Below, piece after piece: positions 24,621-36,564 of a DNA stretch of 64,000 bases. The DNA lies in NCBI GenBank assembly GCA_001244265.2, contig CDLV01000015.1:496001-560000 (forward strand). Direction: 5' to 3'. Within the stretch, counting starts at the first letter, position 1. Each line of letters begins with the position of its first letter. Source of the stretch: Microbotryum violaceum (taxonomy: Eukaryota). Position numbers and translations under genes: made by a program. The notes beneath the pieces were generated by a model, which did not search any database, was not told where the DNA came from, and saw only the letters and a program-made list of their open reading frames with translations.

Positions 24621-27600
24621 ATGCCAACCGCAATCGACGACGAGGACGAGGCGGCTTTGATCGCTGCAGCAGAGCAGGAGGGAGATAGTGATAGTGACCA
24701 GGAGCAAGCACAAGACGAACCGCCCTGGGACCAAGTCGGCGATGTTCTCGATCCACGCGGCGACGACTCCACCGCGACAACGACCCCAACTCAGTCGAAG
24801 AGCAATCGGACCAGCCTCAAGCAGTCGACCTTGACTTTTCAGCAACGACAACCGCAAGAGTATCTGGTCGAACTGAATACCACTCAGCTCGCAGCCGTCA
24901 CCGCCGATCTTGGTAGTCTGCAGATCCTCGCCGGGCCGGGCAGTGGTGAGTGGTGATCGACCCGCACGCCATCAAGTTTAGCGAGACCCGTAACAGTGTC
25001 AATACGACTCCAACAACTCACGCCACGTCTCTCTCATCCCCCCCGACCCGCGAACCAGGCAAGACCAAAGTTTTGACGAGCCGAGTCGCGTACCTGCTCC
25101 AACACTACAAGATTCAACCTCAACACCTTGTCGTGTCAGTCCTGGCCTCGGCGCTCGCCACACATCTTGCCGCCGTATCCCAGCTGAACCAGTCTCCCCG
25201 GGGCCATCACAGGGTCACGTTCACCAATAAGGCTGCAAACGAAATGAAGACGCGGCTGGCTTTGCTCGTCGACAAGGAAACCGTTGATAGCATCATCATG
25301 GGCACCTTGTGAGCGACGCACTCTCCGAAACGAGTCCCAACAAAATTCGGCTGACCGTACATCATTCGGCACGTCGGCTTCCAGCCACAGCGTGTGTGTG
25401 CGCTACTTGCGGCGGTATGGTCGGCGTATCGGCATCAGGAATGACTTTACAGTGGCCGATCGGGATGACTGGTCAGCCAAGTTCCGCCGGCTCGCATACG
25501 CACACTCTATCAGCGCTCATTCCTGAACATCGTTTGCTCACCGTGACAGTCTCGCCATCGCCAAACGAGCAGTCGTCACCGCCAAATGCCCTGAGGATTT
25601 ACGCAAGGAGCTCAACCCCAAATACCTTCTCGACGTAATCACAAAGTGCAAAGCGACCGGTCTCTCGCCCCGAGCCTATCGAGCCCAAGGCGATTCGACC
25701 GACTACTTCAAAGCGAGAGAAAAGACGGATGCGATTGCCAACATTTACCAGTTCGTTTCGCAGATCATTGATTAAACTCTTGTAGCCACCAAAATCTGAT
25801 GCTTTGCCCCACGCGTGCTCTACAGGGTCTACGAGGACGAGCTAGCAAAGGACAACGCGCTCGATTTCGACGACTTGCTCGTGCGAGGGTCAGTGCCCAA
25901 AACCGACTCGATTGACCCTAAGAGAGCCGCTGATCTGAATCTCCGCTGATCTGAATCTGAGCTCTGATATGTCCAGCCTTGAACTCGTTCGCAAGCACAA
26001 ATCCATCGTATCCGACATTCAATCCGTCCTCATCGACGAATTTCAAGACACGAACGCAATCCAGTACGACTTCGTCACGACCATCGCCCGCGGCTGCCAG
26101 TCTCTCACCATCGTCGGCGATCCCGATCAGTCCATCTACGGCTGGCGCAACGCCGAAGTCGGGAACTTGGAACGTATGGTCAACGATTTTAAGCCGGTCA
26201 AGCAGATCTTCTTGGAGGAGAACTACCGAAGTACAGGCGCGATCTTGGGTGCCGCTTTGGCCGTCGTTCGGCAGGGTACGAAGACACCCTTCAATCGTGG
26301 AATGACGGGAGTGACAAAGCTAATGGGCTACGTCTGGGAATTTTCAGACTCGAACCGAATTCAAAAAGGGCTAAAAGCCACACATGGTGCCGGATCGTCG
26401 GTCGTCCTCCATTGCGCTTCCAATGCCTACGAAGAAGCGACCTTCATCGCAGCTCAGATCAAGCATCTCGTCGCCCATACCGGCAACCTCGTCGATTATG
26501 GTGATGTCGCCGTTTTGTTGCGCTACGGGGCACTATCGAGAAACATTGAAGTGGCACTGCAAAAAACGGGGATACCCTCGAGGATGGTCGGTGGTCACAA
26601 GTTCTTTGATCGAGCAGAGTACGTTTCTTTGGTCTCGCCTCCAACCTCTTGATCGCTCACTGTAAGTTGTGCCATATCATGCAGAGTCAAAGACATGATC
26701 TCGTACCTACAATTGGTCGACAACCCCTCATACACCGCGGCCTTTGTCCGAGTTGTGAACACGCCCCTCAGAGGAATCGGGGACAAGACCATTCGGGACA
26801 TCATCGCCCAAGCAAGACTGAAGAACCTTTCGGCTTTCGAGCTTTGCAATAAATTAGCGAACGGGAGTGGACAGGTTTCGTTGACATCGAAGCAAAAAAA
26901 CGGGATCAAATTTTTTGTCGGGTTGATTTTGGAGCTGCAGCGGAAAGCGCATGAGGTGAGTCGGTCGAGCAGGGGTGTGTTACACTTGAGTTGGTGGCAA
27001 GGACCTGACCTTCTGTGGGCTCGGACGTCAGGGAGCGACGGTACCGGACCTGATTGACGCCTTGACTGTGAGCCTCAACTACCAAGCCCACCTCGAGAAA
27101 TCTCAAGGACCCGACGCCAAGGATCGATGGGAGAACGTCGAAGAGCTCAAAGTGAGGACACCCGTCGCGCCCTAGGAACGTTCGTGCTTGTGAGCTCATG
27201 ACCAGAGCCCAACTTCTCCGCACAGGCTTTCGCTACCGTCGTCGCGGAAGAACACCCAGAAGGCGTCGACAACCTCGTGCTCCCCGAAGACGAAGACTTT
27301 GAAGAGGTTGCAATTCCCGCAAAAGGAAAAGCAGAAGATGCCGACGACGATGCGTCGACCTCGACCAGATCGGCACCGGTTTTGACGGGCACCAAAACGG
27401 ACAATCCGCTGAGAACATTCCTAGCCGTGTCGATGCTTGCGACTGACTCGGAGACGAACGAAGTCAAGGAGAACTCAAAGCAGAGGGTGAGCACGGGACA
27501 AAGGCCATTTAAGCAGTGCCCGGGACTCACAGGCTGGATCTACGTCGGAACCCGAGCAGAAAGTGACGCTGTCGACATGTCACGCGGCCAAGGGACTGGA

Positions 27601-28976
27601 GTGGCCCATCATCTTCGTGCCTGCTTGTGAAGACGGTGAGCTCGCTTCAGCGACCAAGCGAAGAGGTTACCGTCGAGGCTCATGTCGTCCCGCATTCCCA
27701 ACTAGGTATCTACCCTTTCTACCGCTGTCGAAAGGACGAAGAGATTGCCGAAGAGAGGTCAGCCAATTCCGAGCGGGACATTCCTTCCTCACGAGTATCA
27801 ACCTGACAGCCCGTGTTCCGTCTACAGGCGTCTTCTTTACGTCGCGATCACAAGGGCGCAAGGGTTCTGTACTCTGACGCATTGTCAGCAGCGCATGGCC
27901 GGAGGTTCGTCCTCGACAGTGCACCTCGCGAGCTCTCGTCGATGATTATGCTGATGCACGCTATATCCATTTCAATCATTCAATAGCCGATATGGCCCAA
28001 AGAGATTTGACGCCGTTCCTCAAGTCCGTGGCGAAAACGTATCCGACGCTGTTCGTGCCAAAGTTGCAGAAAATCGGTGCCGACACACGGCAGGCGATGG
28101 CAAAGGTGTTGGGGAGGGAGCCGCCGGATGAGGCCGAGACGGCGAGGCTGATCGAGGAGCAGTGGGTCCTACGCTCTCGGACATGAGACAGGACTGAGTC
28201 AGGACGTTGATGCATTTGGCAATGTCACCAGCAACAAGACCCTGCCGATCGACGCTCCGAGCGAGTCGAATCACTTTGGAAATCGAGGACTCGCCTCGAA
28301 GATGAGCCAACACTCGGCCAACATGGCCGCATACAACCACGTGCGCGCTTCCTATTCTTCGACAGGTCCAGCTCCGATACCAGCGGGCGCCAACGCGGGA
28401 TTCAGTTCGGCCTTGTCGACGTTCCAAAACGGGCCCAACGGGGTGGGCAGTTCGAGTGTCACCAAATTCGGAATGATCTCGAGTGTCGGGTATCGCACGT
28501 CCACGGAACCTGCGATGGCGAAGTCGAGTATTTCGAAGCCTCTACCGGCGACGAACATTATCCGAGTCTCATCAGCGGGCAGTTCTTCCTCATCGACCTC
28601 GTCCAGCGTAATCAACTCAGCGGCTTTCAAGCCCCCTCGACCGACGGCTGGCCGGTCGTCGTCTGCCCAGGGTCCAATCTCTTCAAGATCAGCGGCGGCC
28701 TCGGCACATCGCAACGGGCCTCTGGAACCCCCCGAAACTCGTTCGTCCATTATCTCGAATGCCGTCTTGGTCGGCAGCGATGCCGAATGGAAGATCAAGA
28801 GCGTGCCTACGAATCTGGCCGAGAGGTTCGCCAAGGGGGAAGGGGAGAGGTTGGCGCAACTTAGGAGTTTGGGTTTGGTGAGTGACGAGACGCAGCCTTC
28901 CAAGTCGGCGAGTCGGACAGGGACAGCGAGGGCGGGGGCGGGTGAGGTTTCCCCCAAAAGGAGAAAGAAGGGGTGA
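24621..28976 (+). CDS. UvrD/Rep/PcrA-family SF1 DNA helicase (Srs2-like); multi-exon
   Basis: LNTTQLAAV, ILAGPGSG|KTKVLTSR, VTFTNKAANEM, GTFHS, LDFDDLL, VLIDEFQDTN, VGDPDQSIYGWR, LEENYRST, STCHAAKGLEW, EERRLLYVAITRA; C-terminal NLS-like PKRRKKG*. Confidence 0.93.
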
Positions 28977-29326
28977 GAAAGCGTTGAAAACCTCTGTTGT
29001 ATGAATATGCTCTTTATAGTCTTGTGCCCAACTTTAGAGTATGCAATCGCAAACTTGTACCGATCCTCTTGTCCCGCGACTTTCCGACCCTCCGACCAGA
29101 CCTGGACGCAGCTTGATCCTTCACCACGACCACAAGTTGCTCTGAGGAACCTTTGATTTTACAAGGTAAATATCAAGTGATAACAAACAATTCAAGAAGA
29201 CGCCCTATAGCTCGATTCTTTGCAATCTTAGCAGCGCCCTGGATTTGATTTTTGGCTTCTCATCCTTCCATCCGCCTGAACCACCCCAAAAAGGATATCG
29301 CACCATACTCGACTCTAATCGTGTAC

Positions 29327-31955
29327 TTAGAGCGATGCCTTGGATTGGGAAGCCTTGAACTTCTTGGTCAAGGAGTCTCGGATCTGCAGTCCATCGAAAA
29401 CGGCACAGCGTCAGCTGCTGGGTAACCAAAACACCACGATAGGCAACCGAGAGAAAGAACTGACGTGGTCAAGGAAGTCGGAGGTGTTGACGTAGTGCTC
29501 TCGCTTCATGTTCTTACCATGAATGGAGAGGGCCAAGTCCTTGGTCATGACGCCTGCGCAATGATGGGAAGAGGAGAGGTGGGGTCAGGGTCACAGATCG
29601 GTGAAATTGTGCACCTCGCAAAAATGAAGAAGGCACTCACCATCGACGTCAACGGCCTCAACGCAGCATGCCTCGAGGTCCTTGCCGAACTTGACGAGGG
29701 CGTCGTTGTTGTCTCGCTTGCCCATGAAGATCAAACCACGGGTCCAGGCGAAGATAGACGCGATCGAGTTGGTCGACGTCTCGTTGCCTTTCTGGTGCTC
29801 GCGGTAATGCCTTGTGACCGTACCGTGTGCGGCCTCGGACTCGATGACCTTGCCGTCGGGGGTCAACAGCTCGGAGCTCATCAAGCCGAGCGAACCGAAG
29901 CCCTGGGCAATGATGTCGGACTGGACATCACCGTCGTAGTTCTTCAAGGCCATGATGAAGCCACCGGAAGACTTGATCATCTGCGCGACCATGTCGTCGA
30001 TCAAGCGGTGCTCGTACCAGATGCCGAGCTTCTTGAACTCGGGGGCGTAGTCGGACTCGTAGATGGCCTGGAAGATGTCCTTCCATTGACCATCATAGCC
30101 CTTCAAGATGGTGTTCTTGGTCGACATGTACTGCAGGCGGAACGGACAGGTCAATATATTTCGATGCGCCATTCGCGTCCGCACAGCTCGCCACTCACGA
30201 GGGGCAACTTCTTCTCGATGGCCATCTTGAACGAAGCGTGAGCAAAGTCTCGGACGGACTGGACGATACAAACAAGCACGCTGGTCAGCATTCCGTAATA
30301 TCAAGCTGGCCGCGTATCAAGAAGCGCACCTGCTGGGTGTTGTACATGGCCAGACCCATACCCGGGGTCTTGAAGTGGAATACCTCCAAGTTGGTGGGCT
30401 TCTTGGACGCGTCGTCCGGGGTGTAGACAAGCTCGAGCTTGCCGGGTTCGGGGATGATGATGTCCGTGGCACGGTACTGCGGCGGCGGAAAGGGGATCCG
30501 TCAGCACGAGAAGGTCTGAAGAAGTGATACGGTGGATGCAGCCAAGAAAAACCGGGTGGGAGAAAACTCACTTGGTCACCGTGGGCGTGTCGACCGACGA
30601 TGATAGGCTTGACCCATCCTGGTGGTGCACAAAGCGAGGTGTCCAAGATAAAGGTCAGGTTCGCGGCGGACAAGGGTGCAGCGATCGACTGCCGGATGAG
30701 CCGACGACGGACCTGGGACCGACTTGGGGACCTTTTCGACGATGATCGGCTCTCGGAAGACGGTACCACCGAGAATGTTGCGGATCGTGCCGTTGGGCGA
30801 CTGTGGTAGAAGGCACGCGAATGCGCATACAGTCAGCTCCGATCGTAGACGCACGGAACTGGCGGCACAAGCCATAGGCCGCGGTAAAACCCGTAAAAGA
30901 GCGGCCATGTTGCCAGAAGAGCAACTCACCTTCCACATCTTCTTCAACTTGAACTCCTCCACTCGGGCCTGTTAATTTGCGACATAAGTCGAGCCGCGGG
31001 TAGTTGAGTGAGCAGCGAGGTAGGGGGAAAAGGTACAGCCGGTGGGCAGGACGGGGAGAAGTCAGCGCCGAGAATAAGCCACTGCATTGCAGTTCTTCCA
31101 AAATCGTACCTCGTCCGGAGTGATGGTGGCGCACTGTAGGTCACCAAGTGCAAGGGCAAGGTCAGCTGTACCGTTCTACAAGGCCTCTCCCGATTCCTTC
31201 CGTCGCGACCGGTCGGGCTCATCGGGCCGCGGCCCTTTTTCTGGGCGGAAGCTGAGCCAGGCCACGACGACGACCCCCCGACCACGCGGGCGCTACCCCA
31301 AGACAAGCAAAGGGCATGAAGAAGGACCACTGACCTTGACACCAACACCATACTTGAGAATGGCCTCGGCAGCATCAATGGTGACCTTGTCGTCGGTCTC
31401 ATCACTGTCCAAAGCTCGGTCAGTTTTGGTAAGCCGGGGCGGATGTGGCCGAGCGGAGATGCGCGGGAGGGTTAATTTCCGCGCTCGACCGACGGAAGGG
31501 AAGACACGCACCGGTACTCGAGACCGAGATCGTAGTACTTGATGTCGACATCGAGGAAGGGCAAGATCAACTCGGCACGGATCTTGTGCCAGCTATGTAA
31601 GGCGTCGTGTTTACGAGAACGACAATTGGCGAGCGGAGTGGGGGGGAGCAGCCTCGAATCAGCATCCATCTCGTTTCCGCTCCTTCCGTCTGCAGCCGGG
31701 AACTTACATGATCCTGGTCATCTCGTCACCGTCCATCTGCACAGGCCAAATGCATCGCACAAATAATGGAAGAAAAGACCCGACGAGGCGTGGCCAGGGG
31801 TCAGCGAACGAGACATCGAGCGCGATGACGGAACTCTGCCGCCTGGCGGCGCCACTTGTAGTGCAGGTGGAGTGGGTTGCGGGGAGCGGAAGAACACGAC
31901 CACTCACCTCGACGATAGGGTTCTCGACCTTGATCTTGTTGAACTCTGTAGGCAT
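29327..31955 (-). CDS. NADP-dependent isocitrate dehydrogenase (no obvious mitochondrial presequence); multi-exon
   Basis: [83 protein letters not shown]; ends SQSKASL*. Confidence 0.96.
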
Positions 31956-33426
31956 GATTGCGATGTCGAACGTTGAGTGGGCAATTTTCTTGCAGGGGGG
32001 ATTGGGAGAGGAGACGCGAGGAGATATGGGGAGAAGCGCAAGAAACCGTTCAAGACTCGGGTCGGTAGCAGAAAGCCTTGTTCGCCCGACAATCCTCCGC
32101 GCCCCAGCGCAGGCTCGGCCGCATACGCGCACGGACTCTGGCGGAGTTGGCCCGGGAGCTCCGCCCACCGCCGAAATGTCAGCGCGCGAGGCTTGAGAGG
32201 CGCGGGCGATAACGCACCAACTCCATGCGCCCACGGCCCGGTCCGAGATCCGCCACGAGTGCAGGCAAGGCGCTCGCGCCCCGCTCGGGTTGCCGCCGAA
32301 CGAATCTCAGTCCCAGCTAGACCCCCAAAAAGACAGGGGGCACCGTTGAAGGCTGATGCGGTCATTAACGCGCTCAAACTCAACGCCGACATAGTTGAGT
32401 AATCCCACTTCAGACCCGATCGCAGAAACCGCTCAAACGCCAGAGGCACCACGAGGGTAATGGGACCGGTCTGACATCTCGAATCATATCTCTCGGGAGG
32501 TATTACTAGAAGGTACACCTGCCCGCCGGACCCCAAGGTGATCGATGAGGGAAGAGGAGAGGGGTGCTGATGGGGACGGGAAGAGGTGTAGGGAGCGGAT
32601 AATAGCCAGGTTATAGGAGAGTTCGGCCAGAGAAGGTAAAGAGAGCCGAGGTTATGTCCTTGAGACGTTTGACCGGTGATGCCCGCAGCGCCATGACTCT
32701 ATCCACGGCTTTATCGGCCGTCCCCACTTGGGAGCCACCGGTGAACCCCCATCGCAGCAGTACCCGCCGCGGTGCCTCGACCCTTCCGAGTCGCCGCATC
32801 GAGGTATAGCAGCGGATCATACAATCATCACCATCTTTGACCTCCCAGGGTCCAATCCGTCCACAAGCAAATGTAGCACCGCTTCCCAGCACCTCCGCGC
32901 CGGGCGAGGTCGAAGAACACAACCGGTAGCTCCATATTCGCCTTGCATCCACCATCAGACCACCAAACTCATAGATCATATCGCCCATCGACAGGCTTCC
33001 AGTATAGCGTATCCCCACTCACTCTCGGACATTCTTGCGGTAGTCGAGAAGGTTGCGCCCAGCGCATTGACGGCGAATCGACCGCCCATGAGCGACGACG
33101 ACGACGGTCCTGTACGACCGACCATCATCAGTGGTCGTGCCGGCGACAGTAAGGAGGACCGAAGTGAAGCAGAGAACCTGAATGCCATGGTGAAGATCAG
33201 GTTCGAGGGTTGGCAAGTTGGAGATCAGGATTCTACCGGCGGCGCTCGCCTTGACTCGGCTCGTCTTTGTCGCTAAGTCCGCACCTATTACCCGCGCGAA
33301 TCACGGCGGCCGAGCCGGGCACCGAAACGGCCGGCCAAACACTTCGTCGGCCAAATGATGACAGCAAGCGGAGGGTTTCAATGCAGAAATAGACAGTACA
33401 AAAACAGAAGAAAATTATTTCCTGTT

Positions 33427-36114
33427 TTAGGCTACCTTGAGTCGGTCCACCCGACCTCTCCTGGGTCGTTCCTCGGTCACGCTCGTCAAGCTCGAGCTGG
33501 CCTTGGCCATCGAGGGGCCTGCGATCGCCGCCGGGGTCAGAGGTACGGACGAGACAAGATCGGAAGGCATGTCGTCTCCAGGATATTCGCTGACATCGAA
33601 GAGCTTGAGGCTTTCGTTCCAGTCTGTCGATCCGAACGCGACGAGCCGGCGTCAGTGATAGGGCTTCCGAGTCTGATTACACAAATTGTTGTCGAGCTTC
33701 GAGCTTCGAGAGAGCAGTGACCGCGACGCACCCTTCTTTCTTCTCCTGCGCAAGGAAAAAAAGCCCAAAGTGGAAGCCAGCCTCCAACCCCTCTGCCTCT
33801 CAATGTACTTTTCGGCGTCGCGCGGCAGTCCACAATCCTTGACGGCGAGGTTCTCCACTCTGATCCTCAGCGATTCGCGCATGTCGCGCAATACTCGGAG
33901 CTGTCGCTTGCCAATGAGTAAGAGTCGGAAGAGCGCAATCGACGCACGCAGGGACGAAGTCAGATCCTCCAACCATCGTAGTGTTAGCCACAGAAGAGTG
34001 GGAAAAATGAAGAGCGTCAACCACGACAGCGGAAGCGTGAGCAGGCACACTGATAGCCATTCGATGACACCGACGATGAGGCCATAGACAAGTTTGGTTT
34101 GCGCGACCTGTAAGGAATGGGGGGAAACCTACCGTTCAATATAAATTCGGGAAGTACCACGGAAACCGACGCCGAGATCTCACCTCGTCATAAGTGCTGC
34201 GAAGATACACATCCGCCGGTCAGTTTCTTCATATGCCAAATCAGGAGACGCTGTAAAGACAGTGGACACACTCAAACACCGGCCCAGCTTTCTTGACCTT
34301 TCCCGACGCCTTGGTGGCGATGAAGAAAATCGGTGTCCAAAAGACCAAGCCAGGTAGGCACACGACGAAGAGTGCGGTGGCGCCGAGAAGGCGCACCAGC
34401 AGCCTTTTGACCAGAGTGCGACGGCGCAAGAGTCTCGGGTTGCGAACGCGGTCATCCTTGATGCCATGGACGTAGAGCAAGTCCTAGAAACAGGCAAGAA
34501 GAGATGGGTCAAATTGCATCGACCTTCACGGCTATGGCGGTGGTAAGAAGGACCGACCTGGTAGTTGGTCAAATCTTTGACCAACAGGTCCAGGTCGTCT
34601 TGCGAGCTCGGTCGATCCTCGCTTTCACTCTTCTCCGAGCCAAAGGAGTCTTCGCCAGGTCGTGTTTGTCTCATCGGCGTCTTCAATACGCCCTTGACGT
34701 CCTCGCCTTCCCGCCAAGGTTTGATCGCTTTGCGCCCCGTCAGGCCCTCAACGAAGCGTTGCGTCAGACGAACGTGCTCGCCTAGGCCAAGTTTGGTGCC
34801 GAGAGGTGCATACAAGCGTCGACAAGTCTGTTCGTTCAGCTTGGTCGAGGTCAGAAGACGTGATATAGGCTCTTCCTATACTACGACTGACGTTTGCTGC
34901 CCGAATGTAGGTCCAGGACGGCGCATCCAAGATGCCGGAACGGATCTCGGTACCAATCGACGACGTCAGACGACGAACCGAATCCTCATCGGCTGGAAAG
35001 TACGAGAACGTAATTCGTCAGCGTTTTAGTAGCTGCGTGACGCACATTCGGGCAAGAACATACGGCCCGGTCTGCCTTCGGACCTCGGCCTGGCGATCAG
35101 CCCAGGATGGGTCTCGGGTGTGACGATGATTGGGGGGTGGAAAGTGACCAAGACATCGGATCTGGACCTCAGCAATACTTTAGCGTCCACCGAATAAGGA
35201 TGCACGCATGATAGCATGTTGTGGCCCACCTGAACAGGTTTCGATGCAAATACGTGATGGAACACGTCTGGACGGCGACCTTGAAATCTTGCTGGTGCTC
35301 GTGCCGGGTCAAGGTGTCGCTCAAAATCCTGGCCACACCTTGCTTAAGCGGTGCGATCTGAGGATAATACCTCGACATCCCCTCGGGGAAGATGCATACC
35401 ATGTCGCCCTTTCCGAGTGCATCGATGAGCTTTTCAAACACGGCCGAGTTGTCGACGGTCGTGCCGGCTTTGCCGTGCTCCTTTTGCCGCTTGATCGGCA
35501 CCGTTCCAGCCGATTCGATGAGCCAAGACGTGAAAGTCTTGCGTCCAAACTGTAGTCGGGTATATGAGCTTGAGACGGTAAGCACATTGTAACGAACGAT
35601 CATAGGCGACGCACTCTCTCGCGAAGCGTACCTGACTATCCTTGGCGGTCAACCGGAGTAGCCTTCGTTTCTGCGCGGAGTACCGGGGCCGACGGCGTCA
35701 GCGTGTTTCGAAGCGTGGAGCACCTCGTAGTGATCTTACCCAGGTCGGAACGGTGGTCACCAATAGCAGAGCATCCGTCAAGGAGTTTGAATGATTCGCA
35801 CAGAGCATACTGAAAGTCAACAATTAATGTGACTCGCGATCAGCAACGAGACGCCTCCCCAATGGATCCCGACATAGCCCCGATAGCGAGGGCCCTCACC
35901 AAGGTACGCCATCCTGAGGGATGTTTTCCACACCCTCAACAACAACGTTGGAATAGAATACGCGCAAGACACAAACGAACAAGAGGCGGATAAAGAAGTA
36001 GCTCCATGACGACGGCGAGCCCTCGGCGATGGGCTCGGGCGATGGAGGTTCGGTGGGTCGTTCATCGCTGTCGCGACCACCGTCGAGGGGCTGTAAATGA
36101 GCGATCTGCGCCAT
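33427..36114 (-). CDS. Glycerol-3-phosphate/DHAP O-acyltransferase (Sct1/Gpt2-like); multi-exon
   Basis: VEGVENIPQDG, ANHSNSLTD (HX4D motif), LTAKDSQF, IFPEGMS, C-terminal transmembrane segments, RRRRKK|DWNE. Confidence 0.87.
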
Positions 36115-36564
36115 ATCCAGTTATGAAGGCTGCCGGACACCTTGACGTTAGAAGGTTGAGGCGGAGTAGAGCTGAAGACATGACACAGAGTGTAAGCCGG
36201 CGCGCCTTGGCGCAATCGTCTACGTCATGCCCACCGTGTGGTTCCGTGTGGGGGTCGCCTTGGTGGATGCGCCGGGCAGGCCGTACATACTACGAGAACA
36301 AAGAAATAGAGATCGTGACATGAGGGTGCGGATTGCAAAGTGCTAACATGAACAAATACAGTGAAACAGAAAACAGAAAGGAGTAAAGCCAGACGATAGA
36401 GGAAATTAAGAAAGGATGGGAAGAGCCTCGGGAAGAGCGAAATGCTCACTGAAAAGCGTAGACTGGGTTCCAAACTTCGCGAAGAGATGTTAACAGGATG
36501 TAATGCCGACTGGTACGGAGGGGAAGTAAGCCGAAGTGGAGGGCAACAGAGAAGTAGGCGGGTA

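Noticed and set aside
29465..30241. 258 aa plus-strand ORF
   Set aside because: Antisense shadow of the IDH exons, caused by GC-rich codon bias; no recognisable motifs.
31956..32234. In-frame N-terminal extension of IDH as a mitochondrial presequence
   Set aside because: It begins at GTG with no in-frame ATG and contains acidic and Pro residues unlike a presequence.
32611..33276. 135 aa and 182 aa ORFs between IDH and the acyltransferase
   Set aside because: No recognisable domain or convincing exon structure; likely intergenic, though an orphan gene cannot be excluded.
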